Made by a program: the position numbers and the translations under genes. Below are positions 12,784 through 23,297 of a stretch of 64,000 nt of DNA, piece by piece. The notes under the pieces were generated by a model. That model was not told where the DNA came from, ran no database searches, and was given only the letters and a program-made list of their open reading frames with translations. The DNA lies in contig CBDEFM010000001.1 in assembly GCA_965237415.1 (NCBI GenBank), positions 1 to 64,000 on the forward strand, read 5' to 3'. Origin of the DNA: Alphaproteobacteria bacterium. Lineage in GTDB: Bacteria; Pseudomonadota; Alphaproteobacteria; UBA828. The stretch's first letter is position 1; each line of letters starts with the position of its first letter.

Positions 12784-14862
12784 ATGGCCCGCGATCCCCG
12801 CCATGACATCCTGTTCACGCCGATCAAGATCGGCCCGAAGATTGCCAAGAATCGCTTCTATCAAGTGCCTCACTGCAATGCGATGGGGTACACCGAGCAC
12901 CATGGGGATGTCGCGCATCGGCGCATGAAAGCCGAAGGCGGATGGGCCGTCATTTCCACCGAGCAATGCAGCATTCATCCAAGCTCCTGCTCAGCACCTT
13001 ATGGGGAACGGCGACTCTGGAATGACGAGTACGCGGAGCAGTTGCGCGGCTGGGTGGATACGATGCACGAATACGGGGTGCTCGCCTCCGTGGAGCTGGT
13101 TCATAACGGGCTCGGCTTTTCCAACCGCAAGACCAAGGAAGTTCCGCTCGGCCCTTCGCCCAATACGGTTCACTACAATTGGGACCCGATCATGGGCCGG
13201 GAGATGGACAAGGCGGACATTCGCGAGTTCAGGCGCTGGCAGGTCGATGCGGCAAAGCGCGCGGTCAATGTGGGCTATGACATCGTTTACGTCTATGCCG
13301 GTCACGATATCGCTCTGCCGCAGCATTTCCTCTCGCCCCACACTAATCACCGCACCGACGAATATGGCGGCAGCGTCGAGAATCGCGCGCGGCTGATCGG
13401 TGAGCTCTTGGAAGACACCAAGGAAGCCGTTGGCGACAGGGCGGCGGTGGCACTCAGGCTGGCCGTCGACGAGAATCGCGGCGAGCACGGCATCACCTGG
13501 CAGGAGGAAGGCCAGGCGGTGGTCGAGATGTTCTCCGATTTGCCCGACTTGTGGGACGTGAACATCAGCGACTGGGCTTACGACTCCGCCACGTCGCGCT
13601 TCACCGACGAAGGCTTCCAGGAACCCTTCGTGGCCTTCGTCAAGCAGAAGACCGACAGGCCGGTCGTCACCGTGGGGCGGTTCACCTCACCCGACACGAT
13701 GATCTCCCAGATCAACCGCGGAATCACCGACTTCATCGGCGCGGCGCGGCCCTCGATCGCCGATCCCTTCCTGCCCAAGAAGATCGAAGAAGGCCGCAAC
13801 GACGATATCCGTGAGTGCATCGGCTGCAACATGTGCGTTGCTTCCGAGAATACGGGCAGCCTCTTCCGGTGTACGCAGAACCCAACCGCCGGCGAAGAAT
13901 GGCGGCGCGGCTGGCACGCAGAAGAGATCGAGCCTAAGGGGTCCGATGACGGCGTCCTCGTCGTCGGCGCGGGGCCGGCCGGATTGGAATGCGCCCGCGC
14001 GCTCGGGCAGCGGGGCTACACGGTGCACCTCGTCGAGGCGCAGCCCGACGTCGGCGGCCGCGTGACGCGCGAGAGCGCACTTCCCGGCCTTGCGGCATGG
14101 GGACGTGTACGCGATTACCGGGTCGGTCAAATCGAAAAGATGAAGAACGTCGAGGTGCACACCGGCTCCAGCCTCTCGGCACAGGACGTGCTGGACTACG
14201 GCGCCGAGACCGTGATCATCGCGACCGGCTCCCACTGGCGTGGCGACGGCGTTGCCTACACCAACGCGCACCCAATTCCCGGATGCGACGGGAGGAGGGT
14301 CTTCACGCCCGACGACGTGATGAGCGGGAAGGCACTCGAAGGCCCGGTGGTCGTGTTCGACGACGATCACTTCTACATGGGTGGCGTGATTGCCGAGAAG
14401 CTCCGCGCTGCGGGTCACGAGGTGACCATCGTCACGCCGCTGATGGAGCTCTCGCGCTGGACCGAAAACACCCTGGAGCTGGAGAAGATCATGAGCCAGG
14501 TCCTCTCCATGGGGATCGAGTTGATCACCGATCACAACATCGCCCAGATCGGCGACAACAGCATCGAGATCTATAATGTTTATCACGATGTAAGGCGGCA
14601 GCACCTCAGCTATCAGTCTCTCGTTCTCGCCACCTCGCGGTTGCCGAACGACGCTCTCTATCGGGAGCTCGCGGCGGCGCCGGAGAAATTGGAGAAGGCC
14701 GGCATCAAGAGGCTCGAACGGATCGGCGATTGCGTGGCCGCCTCGACGATCCAGCATGCTGTTTACGAGGGCCACCGCTCCGCCCGCGAGCTCGACGCCG
14801 GAGCGATCGCCGACGTGCCCTACAAGCTGGAGTATGTTCGCGCCGACCGTGCTGTTGCCTGA
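12784..14862 (+). CDS. Histamine/trimethylamine dehydrogenase-family flavoprotein
   Basis: NRFYQVPHCNAMG, DIVYVYAGH, ARPSIADP, CIGCNMC-x11-C, VVGAGPAG; intact 692 aa. Confidence 0.9.
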   Translation: MARDPRHDILFTPIKIGPKIAKNRFYQVPHCNAMGYTEHHGDVAHRRMKAEGGWAVISTEQCSIHPSSCSAPYGERRLWNDEYAEQLRGWVDTMHEYGVLASVELVHNGLGFSNRKTKEVPLGPSPNTVHYNWDPIMGREMDKADIREFRRWQVDAAKRAVNVGYDIVYVYAGHDIALPQHFLSPHTNHRTDEYGGSVENRARLIGELLEDTKEAVGDRAAVALRLAVDENRGEHGITWQEEGQAVVEMFSDLPDLWDVNISDWAYDSATSRFTDEGFQEPFVAFVKQKTDRPVVTVGRFTSPDTMISQINRGITDFIGAARPSIADPFLPKKIEEGRNDDIRECIGCNMCVASENTGSLFRCTQNPTAGEEWRRGWHAEEIEPKGSDDGVLVVGAGPAGLECARALGQRGYTVHLVEAQPDVGGRVTRESALPGLAAWGRVRDYRVGQIEKMKNVEVHTGSSLSAQDVLDYGAETVIIATGSHWRGDGVAYTNAHPIPGCDGRRVFTPDDVMSGKALEGPVVVFDDDHFYMGGVIAEKLRAAGHEVTIVTPLMELSRWTENTLELEKIMSQVLSMGIELITDHNIAQIGDNSIEIYNVYHDVRRQHLSYQSLVLATSRLPNDALYRELAAAPEKLEKAGIKRLERIGDCVAASTIQHAVYEGHRSARELDAGAIADVPYKLEYVRADRAVA

Positions 14863-14962
14863 CCGGCAACGGGACCCGCTCGACAGACTAGCCCGCATTT
14901 CTCACCACGGTCATGGTCTGCGCGGCGCTGTCCGGCTGACAGAGCAGGAACGGCGCGCAGCG

Positions 14963-15108
14963 CGTCGCGCGGCCACGCGCGCGGGAGCGCACGATGCGGG
15001 GCATCGGGCAAGCGCCGTGACGCACGCTGTCGGCCAGAGAGCGCCGCCCTTCGGGTCGCGTCCAGGCGCCCGCCCGCATCGTGCGCTCCGCGCGCGTCCC
15101 GCGCGACG
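14963..15108. repeat. Imperfect ~37-bp inverted repeat (MITE/REP-like hairpin)
   Basis: 14963-15000 CGTCGCGCGGCCACGCGCGCGGGAGCGCACGATGCGGG pairs with 15073-15108 CCCGCATCGTGCGCTCCGCGCGCGTCCCGCGCGACG. Confidence 0.7.
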
Positions 15109-15372
15109 TCGCGAGCCTCAACCGTAGGCACCGCTATGCTTTTCGGCCTGCTCCTAGTCATCTGAATCCAAAGTGCGCCACATAAAGACAGCTATATTGG
15201 ACGACCATATTCTTCGACAATAGAGCGACTTAGTGTGACGACACTGCCAATTTATAATGATCTCAACTTCAGTGTCAGGTGACTAGCGGATCGAACGCCT
15301 AGCCGCGACGCAGGCCGTGTCCGTGGCGAGAATTCCGGGCTAACATCGTCCGACCGAACAGAGCGCGGTGAC

Positions 15373-15985
15373 CATGGCAGAAGTGCGTTCAATTGACCGG
15401 CATACGCCTGCCGACGAAGCGATGGCGATTCTCGAGGAGGACGGTGCCGTCATCTACCGTCAGGTCGTTGACGACGAGGTGGTCGACCGGGTCAACGCGG
15501 AGCTCGAACCCTTCCTGGCACGTGCCTTCAACGGCGAGGGCGAGTTCTGGGGGGACAAGACGAGGCGGGTGAGCTCGCTCGTCGCGAAATCGAAGACCTA
15601 TGGCGAGGAGCTCGCCACCTGCCCGCAGATACTCAGGGCGATGGACCGCATCCTGTTGCCGCGCTGCGAACGCTATCAGCTTCATGTCACGCAGGCAGTG
15701 CGGATCGGCCCGGGTCAGGGCTTGCAGATCATCCACCGCGACGACGGCCTGATGCCCTTCCGCCACCCCGGGCCCCAGTGCCTGTGCAACACGATGTGGG
15801 CGCTCACGGACTTCACGATCGAGAACGGCGCGACCAACGTGGTCCTCGGCAGCCATGTCTGGGACGACGACACCTATCCCGACGAGAATTCCGAGAGAGC
15901 CTATGCCGTCATGCCGCGCGGGTCGTGCCTGATCTATCTGGGCTCCGTCTATCACGGCGGGGGCCAGAACATGACCGAAGTATAG
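15373..15985 (+). pseudogene. Phytanoyl-CoA dioxygenase (PhyH)-family 2OG-Fe(II) oxygenase, 3'-truncated by IS21
   Basis: HRD metal motif, WALTDFT.ENGAT, YHGGG.N; then an immediate stop at the IS21 end, so the 2OG-binding Arg strand is missing. Confidence 0.85.
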
Positions 15986-16274
15986 CGCGACGATCTGGAT
16001 GAGAGCCGCGCGTCAATCAGGGTGAGATTCCCGGCGCCAGCGGCGGGCGCATGATTGCGGGCAGCGTCGGGCATTGCAAGGGCCTTCGTCTCGTTGATTG
16101 TCGCGGCGCGACACACACAGATTGTCGCGGAGCGTCCGCATGATCGATCGGTGCGATATCGCTGTGGGGGATTGCGGCCGGGATGCGTGGAGTAAAGTGC
16201 GGCCCGCCGACTGAGATGCCGACGGGCCGCAGGGAGCGAGCGTGAGCGCCGCCGGGGCGGCACCCGTGCGTGGC

Positions 16275-19200
16275 TCAGTCCTCGGTGGTGTTTTTCTCGG
16301 TGGCGATCTTGGCGGGCCGCCCCGGTCCCCTTTTTCGTCTGTCGAGCGCGGCGCGGCGGCGATAGCTCTCGACGTTCATCTCGAGGATTGTGGCGTGGTG
16401 GACGAGGCGATCGACGGCGGCCACCGCAGTGGTCTCGTCCGGGAACACCTTGTTCCATTCTCCGAAGGGCTGGTTCGCGGTTATTAGAAGAGAGCGCCTT
16501 TCGTAGCGCGCCGAGATGAGCTCGAAGAGGACGCTGGTCTCGGCCTGATCCTTTTGCACGTAGGCGAGGTCGTCGGGTAGGAACAGCGCATCACTGCGCC
16601 ATTCCCCCCTAAGAACCGTACGTGCGGGTTTCCCCGCATACGGCTCAAGTCTCTACAAAGCCCCCTTTGACGGGAGCCGGTGAACCATCACTGTAACCGC
16701 GGCTAAGAACCTGCCTTTGGCAGTTGGGATGAAGGAGCATCAGGTTGGAGGACTGGTCCGTTCCGCCTTGAGCCCTCGGCAGGATGCGATGGACGTGCCA
16801 TCCACTCTCCTTGCTGATGGGCTCTCGGCATTGCGGACACTGCCCGGCCTGCTGTTGCCAGAGCTGAAGCAGTTGCCTCTTACCCCTGAGGTCCCGTTCC
16901 ATGATCCAGCCGAGCCTTTCCTCGAAGTACTCGTCCCAGGCGGGATCAAACGGGTTGGCGACACTGCGGATTTTGCGGTGACGCCGGATCGGGGTATTGC
17001 TGGCGTAGGTCAGGTAAATCCTCTTCGCCTTGCCCTCTTTTTTGACTGACGTGCTGAAGATCCAGTCCCGAGACCCTTCACGGATAAAATAGCGTCGTTT
17101 TACCCATTTCCGGGACTTGTTCCGGTGTCTCCGACACGCCCATTTCCAAAGCTGCTCCCAGATAAGGTGGTCCACCTTGTGGAAGGTGTCTTTGGCCACT
17201 TGGTTCTGGTGGTAGTTGGCCCAGCCCCTGATGATGGGGTTGAGTGTAGCTATCAAGTTTTCCTGCTTCGCCGTGGGGGACTTCTTGATGATCTCCCGGA
17301 CTTTGCGTAGGAACGCATGGACGTTCTTCTTCGATGGTTTGATGATAAGAACCCCATCGTATTTTCGAGCGTTCCAGCCGAGAAAGTCGAAGCCCGTATC
17401 AACGTGCGCCACCTTGGTCTTTTCGGGTGACAGGGCAAGGCCCCGTTCCCGTAGAAAGTCCTCGATGACCGATCGTGCCTCTTCCAGCGTTTCTTGCGTT
17501 GCGCCGGTCAAAACAAAATCGTCGGCATACCGAACCAGATTGACTTTATGTTCGTTGCGTTTCTTCTGCGGACGTCTGATCCCGAACTGCCGTAGCAGCG
17601 TCGGCTCCAGACCGTCCAAAGTCATGTTCGCCAGCGTCGGCGAGATGATTCCGCCTTGCGGAGTGCCCGCCTCCGTTGGGAACATCTGGTTTTTCCAGAC
17701 GAAGCCGGATTTCAACCACTTCTGGAGAACCGCCTTGTCCATGGGGATGTTGGCGAGAAGCCAGTCGTGGCTGATGTTGTCGAAACAGGCGGCAATGTCA
17801 GCGTCAAGAACCCATTGAGCCCTGTTGGTGCGATTGGCCAGTACTTTGAAGCACTGTCCGATTGCATCACGGCTCGCTCGTTTCGGCCGAAAGCCGTAGG
17901 AGTTCGGGTCCGCTTGGGTTTCCGCGACCGGGAGCAGGGCCAGCAGGTGTAGAGCCTGCATGGCGCGATCCTGCATGGTCGGGATGCCTAGCGGGCGCTT
18001 CTTGCCGTTCTTTTTTGGAATGTACACCCGTCTCAGAGGGCTCGGTTGATATCCGCGCCTCCTGAGCGACATAACAGCTTTGGCTTTCGATCCCGGCGTG
18101 GACCACGTTTCTCCGTCCACTCCGGGGGTACGCTTGCCTTGGTTCTCAGTGACCCGCTTTACGGCGAGCATCTTGCCGTGCAGCGAGTGGGTCAGAAGCC
18201 ACTGCAAGGCTTTCACCTTGCCCCAGCGTCCTTCCCTGGTCGCCTTCGCAATACGCCTTTGCAGCCTTTGAACGGTGCGATGCGCCTGCGCCCAGTCGAT
18301 GCTGTGCCAGTCGATCTCGCCGCCGGAGGCCGCACCAGTCATGCTCATGACTGTCATTTGCCTGTCCTCCTTTGCGATGGTTCTGCAAACTCTCTTGCGA
18401 GGAGAAACCAACCGGAAGTCTGCTCCCTTTCGGGCGGGATGATGTCGGATATTTCCTCAACCCCTATCCGCACGATTACAGCACGGCATTCGCTTTTTCC
18501 GGCATCCCATACCCGCATTCCCATCGGCGTTCCTTGCGGTTCGCTTTGCCCTGATGGGCGAGAATACGGGCTTACCATGTTCCGCATGAGTGACAGTTGG
18601 AAGGTTAGGTGCCGACTATCCCCCGGTGGGGGCTGTTGTCCTTGCTCTGGTACTCGACCCGTCCAGAGACCGCCCCCACGTACCTTTTGGTTCATGCCTG
18701 TCAGCATCTTTGGCATGTTACAATTTACGAGGTTTATCATCGGTTCACTTACGTTCACCATGCTTCCGAAGCCTAGCCCCCTGCTGCGTGATGCTCGCAG
18801 CTTCGCTTGCCCTCGCGGGGTCTGCTTCACCCTTGCGGGATCGGGGTACATTGTCGGGATGGCTTCGAACATCGCCGTTGCCAGCAATGCCCGCACCCCT
18901 AGGCTACCGCCGAAGGAACGGCGGGTTCTGTCATGAGGTTGTAAGACCTCAAGCAAAACAATCACTCACGCAGCTTCATGTCGCACGTCGAGGATCAGAA
19001 GATGGTAGCGGTCGAGCCTTGCGAGCTGGCTTTCCAGGGCGAGCTCACGCCTTGCCACCTGCAGGCGCTGCACCAGATCGGTGGTGCGGGTGAAGAGTAC
19101 GCGATAGCCGTTCTCGACCAGGGCGAGGCCGATGGCAGAGGCAAGATGGCTTTTGCCGGCGCCGGGCGGGCCAAACACGAGACAGTTGGCGCCCTGGTTG

Positions 19201-19532
19201 AGCCAGCCGTCACCGGCGGCGAGCGCCATGACCTGGGCCTTTGCGAGCATCGGCACGGCCATGAAGTCGAAGGAGGCGAGGCTCTTGCCGGGGAGCAGCC
19301 TGGCCTCCCTGAGATGGCGTTCGATGCGCCTTCGGTCGCGTTCGGCGAGCTCGTGCTCGGCGAGGGCTGCGAGGAAGCGGGCGGCGGTCCAGCCCTCGGC
19401 ATCGGCGCGCTTGGCGAAGCTCTTCCAGAGCTGGTTGATCGTCGGCAGGCGGAGATCGGCGAGCATCAGGGAGAGCTTGATGGCATCGACCTTGTTGGGG
19501 TCGGTTGCCGTGAGGTCGTCGCTGCCGGTCAT
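16275..19532 (-). CDS. istB: IS21 helper ATPase IstB, split by a group II intron: join(19532..18987,16571..16275), 280 aa
   Basis: Exon 1: [14 protein letters not shown] (Walker A)..YHLLILD. Exon 2: [43 protein letters not shown]. The exons are 546 and 297 nt and join in frame. Confidence 0.92.
16572..18986 (-). mobile_element. Complete group II intron (IIB/chloroplast-like IEP), 2415 nt
   Basis: 5' end GTGCG; domain V GAGCCGTATGCGGGGAAACCCGCACGTACGGTTC (~16613-16646); 3' end CTACCCGAC; EBS1 GTCGAG in a hairpin loop (18653-18658) complements the exon end CTCGAC. Confidence 0.95.
16645..18357 (-). CDS. ltrA: Group II intron reverse transcriptase/maturase with a degenerate HNH
   Basis: RVT_N (WHSIDW), RPLGIPT..DR, GTPQGG.ISP, YADD, maturase [12 protein letters not shown]-terminal CPQC..HVHRI..NL.LLHPNC; AGGAGG RBS before ATG 18357. 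Confidence 0.95.
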   Translation of the reverse strand: MTVMSMTGAASGGEIDWHSIDWAQAHRTVQRLQRRIAKATREGRWGKVKALQWLLTHSLHGKMLAVKRVTENQGKRTPGVDGETWSTPGSKAKAVMSLRRRGYQPSPLRRVYIPKKNGKKRPLGIPTMQDRAMQALHLLALLPVAETQADPNSYGFRPKRASRDAIGQCFKVLANRTNRAQWVLDADIAACFDNISHDWLLANIPMDKAVLQKWLKSGFVWKNQMFPTEAGTPQGGIISPTLANMTLDGLEPTLLRQFGIRRPQKKRNEHKVNLVRYADDFVLTGATQETLEEARSVIEDFLRERGLALSPEKTKVAHVDTGFDFLGWNARKYDGVLIIKPSKKNVHAFLRKVREIIKKSPTAKQENLIATLNPIIRGWANYHQNQVAKDTFHKVDHLIWEQLWKWACRRHRNKSRKWVKRRYFIREGSRDWIFSTSVKKEGKAKRIYLTYASNTPIRRHRKIRSVANPFDPAWDEYFEERLGWIMERDLRGKRQLLQLWQQQAGQCPQCREPISKESGWHVHRILPRAQGGTDQSSNLMLLHPNCQRQVLSRGYSDGSPAPVKGGFVET

Positions 19533-19720
19533 GACGCACTTCCTGCGCTCAGCAGAGACCCGTAGCCGGCCAGATGCGTCCTGGTGACGTCGATCCTGGG
19601 CATCTTGCCCGGGTCCGGCGCGAAGCGCGCCTTGAGGTCGTTGGGGGCGGGTAGCCGCCCCTCGTCCAGGATGCCGTCGATCGCCGCCGCCAGCTCGGCC
19701 TCGCAGTTCTCCTCATCGCG
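19529..19720 (-). pseudogene. istA: IS21 transposase IstA, C-terminal fragment
   Basis: EENCEAELAAAIDGILDEGRLP..LKARF..YGSLL; its stop overlaps the istB start (ATGA). Confidence 0.8.
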
Positions 19721-20871
19721 AGGCACCCGAGAGGCAGGCACTCGTTCTGGACTTCCGTGGTCAGCAGCCACTGCACGAAGAGCCGGGCTGCCTCCTTGTT
19801 CTGCGCGCTCTTGGGAATGATCCAAGATTGGCCGTAGGCCGCCGTGATCCCGGTCCCGGGGTGGACGAAGTATGTCATGTCGCCCGCCGATGCCGGACAG
19901 TCGCCGGGGATCTCCAGGTACGGCGTCGTGTCGCCCCAGGTGAAGATCATGAACACGTTGCCGCTGCACATCTCGGAATATTCCGTGTCCCACGTCGCCT
20001 CGGTATGACCGGGTGGCGCGAACTGGCGCAGGTCGAGCATGTATTGAAGCGCTCTGACGGCCGTGTCGTCCCTGTCGATGGAGACGTTCAGGTCCGTGTC
20101 CACATATTCGCCGCCCATGCCCAGCAGGATGCGCTCATAGTCGTAGTAGACCGTGAGATGGCGCTTGAACGCTGCAATCGTGCCGTAGAAGTTGGTTTCG
20201 AGAGTCTGACCGGCCAGTGTCTCGCCCTTCTCGCGGGTGAAGAACTCGGCGAGATCCCGGAACACCTCCCAGGTCGTGGGCGGCAGGGGCATGGCGTAGC
20301 CATAGGCCGCCTCGAAGTTGGCCTGCTCCGTGGGATCGTTGGCGATGCTCGTGCGGTAGGCCGCATAGGGCGGCAGGTAGTGATAGGGAACGGAGACCAA
20401 CTCACCATTGTGGTAGCCCGAGATCTTGAAATGGGTCTGCACGAAGTCCTCGACCTTGACGCTGGGGTCGCGCAGAGCGGGATCGTCCATGAACTGCGTC
20501 AGGTCGCTGGTGAAGCCCGGTTCGGCAAAGGCCACCGTCTGATTGTTGGCGGCGGGAAAGATGTCGTAGTACTGCCCGCCCGTGAGCTGGTCGGCCAGCA
20601 CCTGACGCCAGACCGCCTCGAGATCGGCGACTTCCAGGACCACCTTGATTCCCGTCAGCTCCTCGAACTTCTTGGCCATTTCGGTATAAGCGAGGCAAGG
20701 AGAATAGCCGTCGCAAATTCCCCGCACCTCATTGCCGGCGTAGGGCTTCGCGGCTTCTTCCAGCGACCACGCCGAAGCCTCCGTCGGCCCCATGGTCCCG
20801 GCAACGCCCAATGCCAGAGAACCGGCGACGAGAAGCGATTTCAGGCGTTGATGTGTCGGCCTGTTCACCAT
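19712..20871 (-). pseudogene. ABC transporter substrate-binding protein (sugar/family 1), 3'-truncated and fused to the istA stub
   Basis: Signal peptide ..ASA|WSLEEAAKPY, FEELTGIKV, PPTTWE, SAQNKEAARLFVQWL; breaks at CLAMR into IS sequence. Confidence 0.8.
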
Positions 20872-21016
20872 TGAGACCTCCCAAATTTGCTGCATCCAGG
20901 CTGTTCCCATGACGTCACCCCGCACCATGGCCTGGTTACGATACGGGATGCATGACTCTTAGGATCGTCTCGCCGCGACCTCACCCGGGCGAGCCGGTCG
21001 GCAAGGCTCGGCGACA

Positions 21017-21134
21017 TCACACGACCACCAGTTCGCGCTTGAACGGGACATCGCCGGGCGGCGGCCCATCCAGCTCGCGGGCGAAGCGGTGGCCGCTCCA
21101 CACAGCGGCGGCAATCAGCCCGGGGCCGAGGGCA
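21017..21134 (-). pseudogene. C-terminal remnant of a third TMADH/HADH-family dehydrogenase
   Basis: ALGPGLIAAAVWSGHRFARELDGPPPGDVPFKRELVVV* aligns with the 12784 gene C-terminus (STIQHAVYEGHRSARELDAGAIADVPYKLE). Confidence 0.8.
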
Positions 21135-22477
21135 GGCGGCCCAAGCTGGACGGGTTCACCGGCATCGTCGACGCGATCCTGGAGGCGGACACGGATCCGG
21201 ATGTGCCGCGCAAGCAGCGCCACACGGCGCACCGGATCTTCGAGCGGCTGCGGGACGAGTACGGGTTCACCGGCGGCTATACCATCGTGAAGGACTATGT
21301 GCGTTCCCGGCGGCAATCGACGCGCGAGGCCTTCGTTCCACTGCATCACCCGCCGGGCCATGCCCAGGTCGACTTCGGCGAGGCGGTGGTGGAGCTGCGG
21401 GGGCAGCGGGAGAAGGTCGCCTTCTTCTGCCTGATCCTGCCCCATTCCAACGTCTGGTTCGTCAAGGCCTATCCGAGGGAGACGACCGAGGCCTTCCTCG
21501 ACGGCCATGTCAGCGCCTTCGCCTTCCTCGGCGGGGTTCCGCGCTCGATCCTCTACGACAACACCACCCTTGCGGTGGCGCGGATCCTGGGGGACGGCAC
21601 GCGCCGCAGGACGCAGGCGTTCTCACATCTTCAGTCGCACTACCTGTTCCGCGACCGCTTCGGCCGGCCCGGCAAGGGCAACGACAAGGGCAAGGTGGAG
21701 GCCCTGGTGAAGACGGCGCGGCGCCGGTTCATGGTGCCGATCCCGAAGGTGCACGACCTGTCGGTCCTGAACGAGCGGCTGATGGCGCGCTGCCTGGAGC
21801 GGCTCGACGCGCTGGAGGCAGGCGACCAGGCGGCGGCGTTGCTCGCCGATCTCGACGCCCTGCGCGATCTGCCCGCCGTCCCCTTCGAGGCCTGCGAGCA
21901 TGTGCCGGGCCAGGTCTCGTCCACGGCCCTGGTGCGCTACCGGCTGGTGGACTACTCGGCGCCGGCGGTGCACGCCCACAAGAAGGTGACGGTCAAGGGC
22001 TATGTCGACCGGGTCGAGATCGCGCTCGGCGCCGGGATCGTCGCCCGCCATCGGCGCTCCTATGTCCGCGGCGACGTCGTCTACGACCCGCTGCACTATC
22101 TGTCGCTGCTGGAGAGGAAGCCGGGCGCCCTGGACCAGGCGGCGCCGCTGCGGGGGTGGAAGCTCGATCCGGCCTTCGACACGCTGCGCCGCCTCCTCGA
22201 AGCCCGCTTCGGCCCGCGCGGCAAGCGCGAATACATCCAGACCCTGCGCCTGCTGGAGGACTTTCCGGAGCGCCAGGTGACGGCCGCGGTGCAGGACGCG
22301 GTGAAGCGGCGCGTGATCGGCTTCGATGCCGTCAAGCACCTGCTGCTGGCGTGCATCGAGAAGCGGCCGGCCCGTCTCGACCTGGCGCGCTACCCGCACC
22401 TACCCCAGCCCTTCGTCGCTGCCACCCGGGCCGCCGATTACGCCACCCTGCTGGCCGGAGGGGCCGGCCATGGCTGA
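21134..22477 (+). pseudogene. istA: IS21 transposase IstA, 5'-truncated (N-terminal HTH missing)
   Basis: RRPKLD..RKQRHTAHRIFERL, QVDFG, YDN, KGKVE DDE motifs; no start codon or HTH upstream. Confidence 0.88.
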
Positions 22478-22802
22478 AGCGCCCCGCATCCTGCTCGAGC
22501 ATCACCTGAAGAAGCTGAAGCTGCCGACCTTTCTGCGCGAGTACGAGAAACTGGCGCGCCAGTGCGCGGCCGAGGGGCTGGATCATGTGCGGTTCCTGGC
22601 CCGGCTGGTGGAGCTGGAGATGATCGACCGCGAGCGCCGCCTGGTCGAGCGCCGCATCAGGCAGGCCAGGTTCCCCGTCGTCAAACAACTCGAGAGCTTC
22701 GACTTCAAGGCGATCCCCAGTCTCAACAAGATGCTGGTGCTGGATCTCGCGCGCGGCGATTACATCGACCGCCGCGAGAACGCGATCCTGCTCGGGCCCT
22801 CG
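22470..22802 (+). pseudogene. istB: IS21 IstB, truncated in Walker A
   Basis: LEHHLKKLKLPTF..RRIRQARFP..FDF..NAILLGPS, then unrelated sequence. Confidence 0.88.
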
Positions 22803-22833
22803 AGTCCGAGTGCATAATGCACACCTCGCTACG

Positions 22834-23297
22834 TTATTGAAAATCCAGCTGTTCCTGGTTCGGATCGGCTGTTAGCGGGCGCGATTGGCGCAGGTCAGTG
22901 CCGTACAGGGCGTCTATCAGCGCCTCCGGGATGGCCCATGGCCCTCCCTTGCACACCTGCGTGGCGTCGATTGTGCCGCCCGCAATCAACCGCAGCACCG
23001 TCATCTTGCTGATGCCGAGCCGTGCGGCGGCATCGGTCAGCGTCAGCTCGCCCCGCTCCGCCATCTCGCCTGATCGGAAGACGGCAACGCCACGGCTATT
23101 GCGGAAGGTGCGCACCCGCGCTTCCGTCCACGAGTTGCCTCGCCCGGTCTTCTTGCCGAGGCGGTTGAGCGTGGCCGCGATCGCGCCGTCCGGCAGCTGC
23201 CTCGCCAGTCCGCGAACCAGGTCGACCACCTCGGCGCTCGCCGCCCAGCGATGCTGTCCCCTACGGTTGCGCGGCACGCTCAGACGCGTGTGGTCGC
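22834..23297 (-). pseudogene. Large serine recombinase, C-terminal HTH fragment (IS-like recombinase element)
   Basis: DHTRL.VPRNR.GQHRW..LPD..IA..LNRLG..TGRGNSWT..RV; MerR/Xis-like HTH LTLTDAAARLGISKMTVLRLI. Downstream palindrome TGCATAATGCA at 22811-22821. Confidence 0.75.

Larger units (their letters stand above)
15981..19720 (-). mobile_element. IS21-family element (right end, istB and istA C-terminal stub); left part deleted
   Basis: Terminal region with repeated GATTGTCGCGG (16096, 16120) and degenerate copies, typical of multi-repeat IS21 ends; contains istB and the istA tail. Confidence 0.85.

Noticed and set aside
16645-18411. RT as a retron, DGR or defence RT
   Set aside because: It is flanked by clear group II intron ends, domain V and a maturase domain; no TR/VR pair or msr-msd seen.
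18690-18720. CATCTT match between the intron and the 5' exon as EBS2
   Set aside because: It pairs at exon -13..-18, too far from the usual IBS2 position; it cannot be assigned without folding.
19549-20928. 459-aa ORF as an intact SBP
   Set aside because: The C-terminal ~55 aa are out-of-frame istA sequence, so the gene is truncated.
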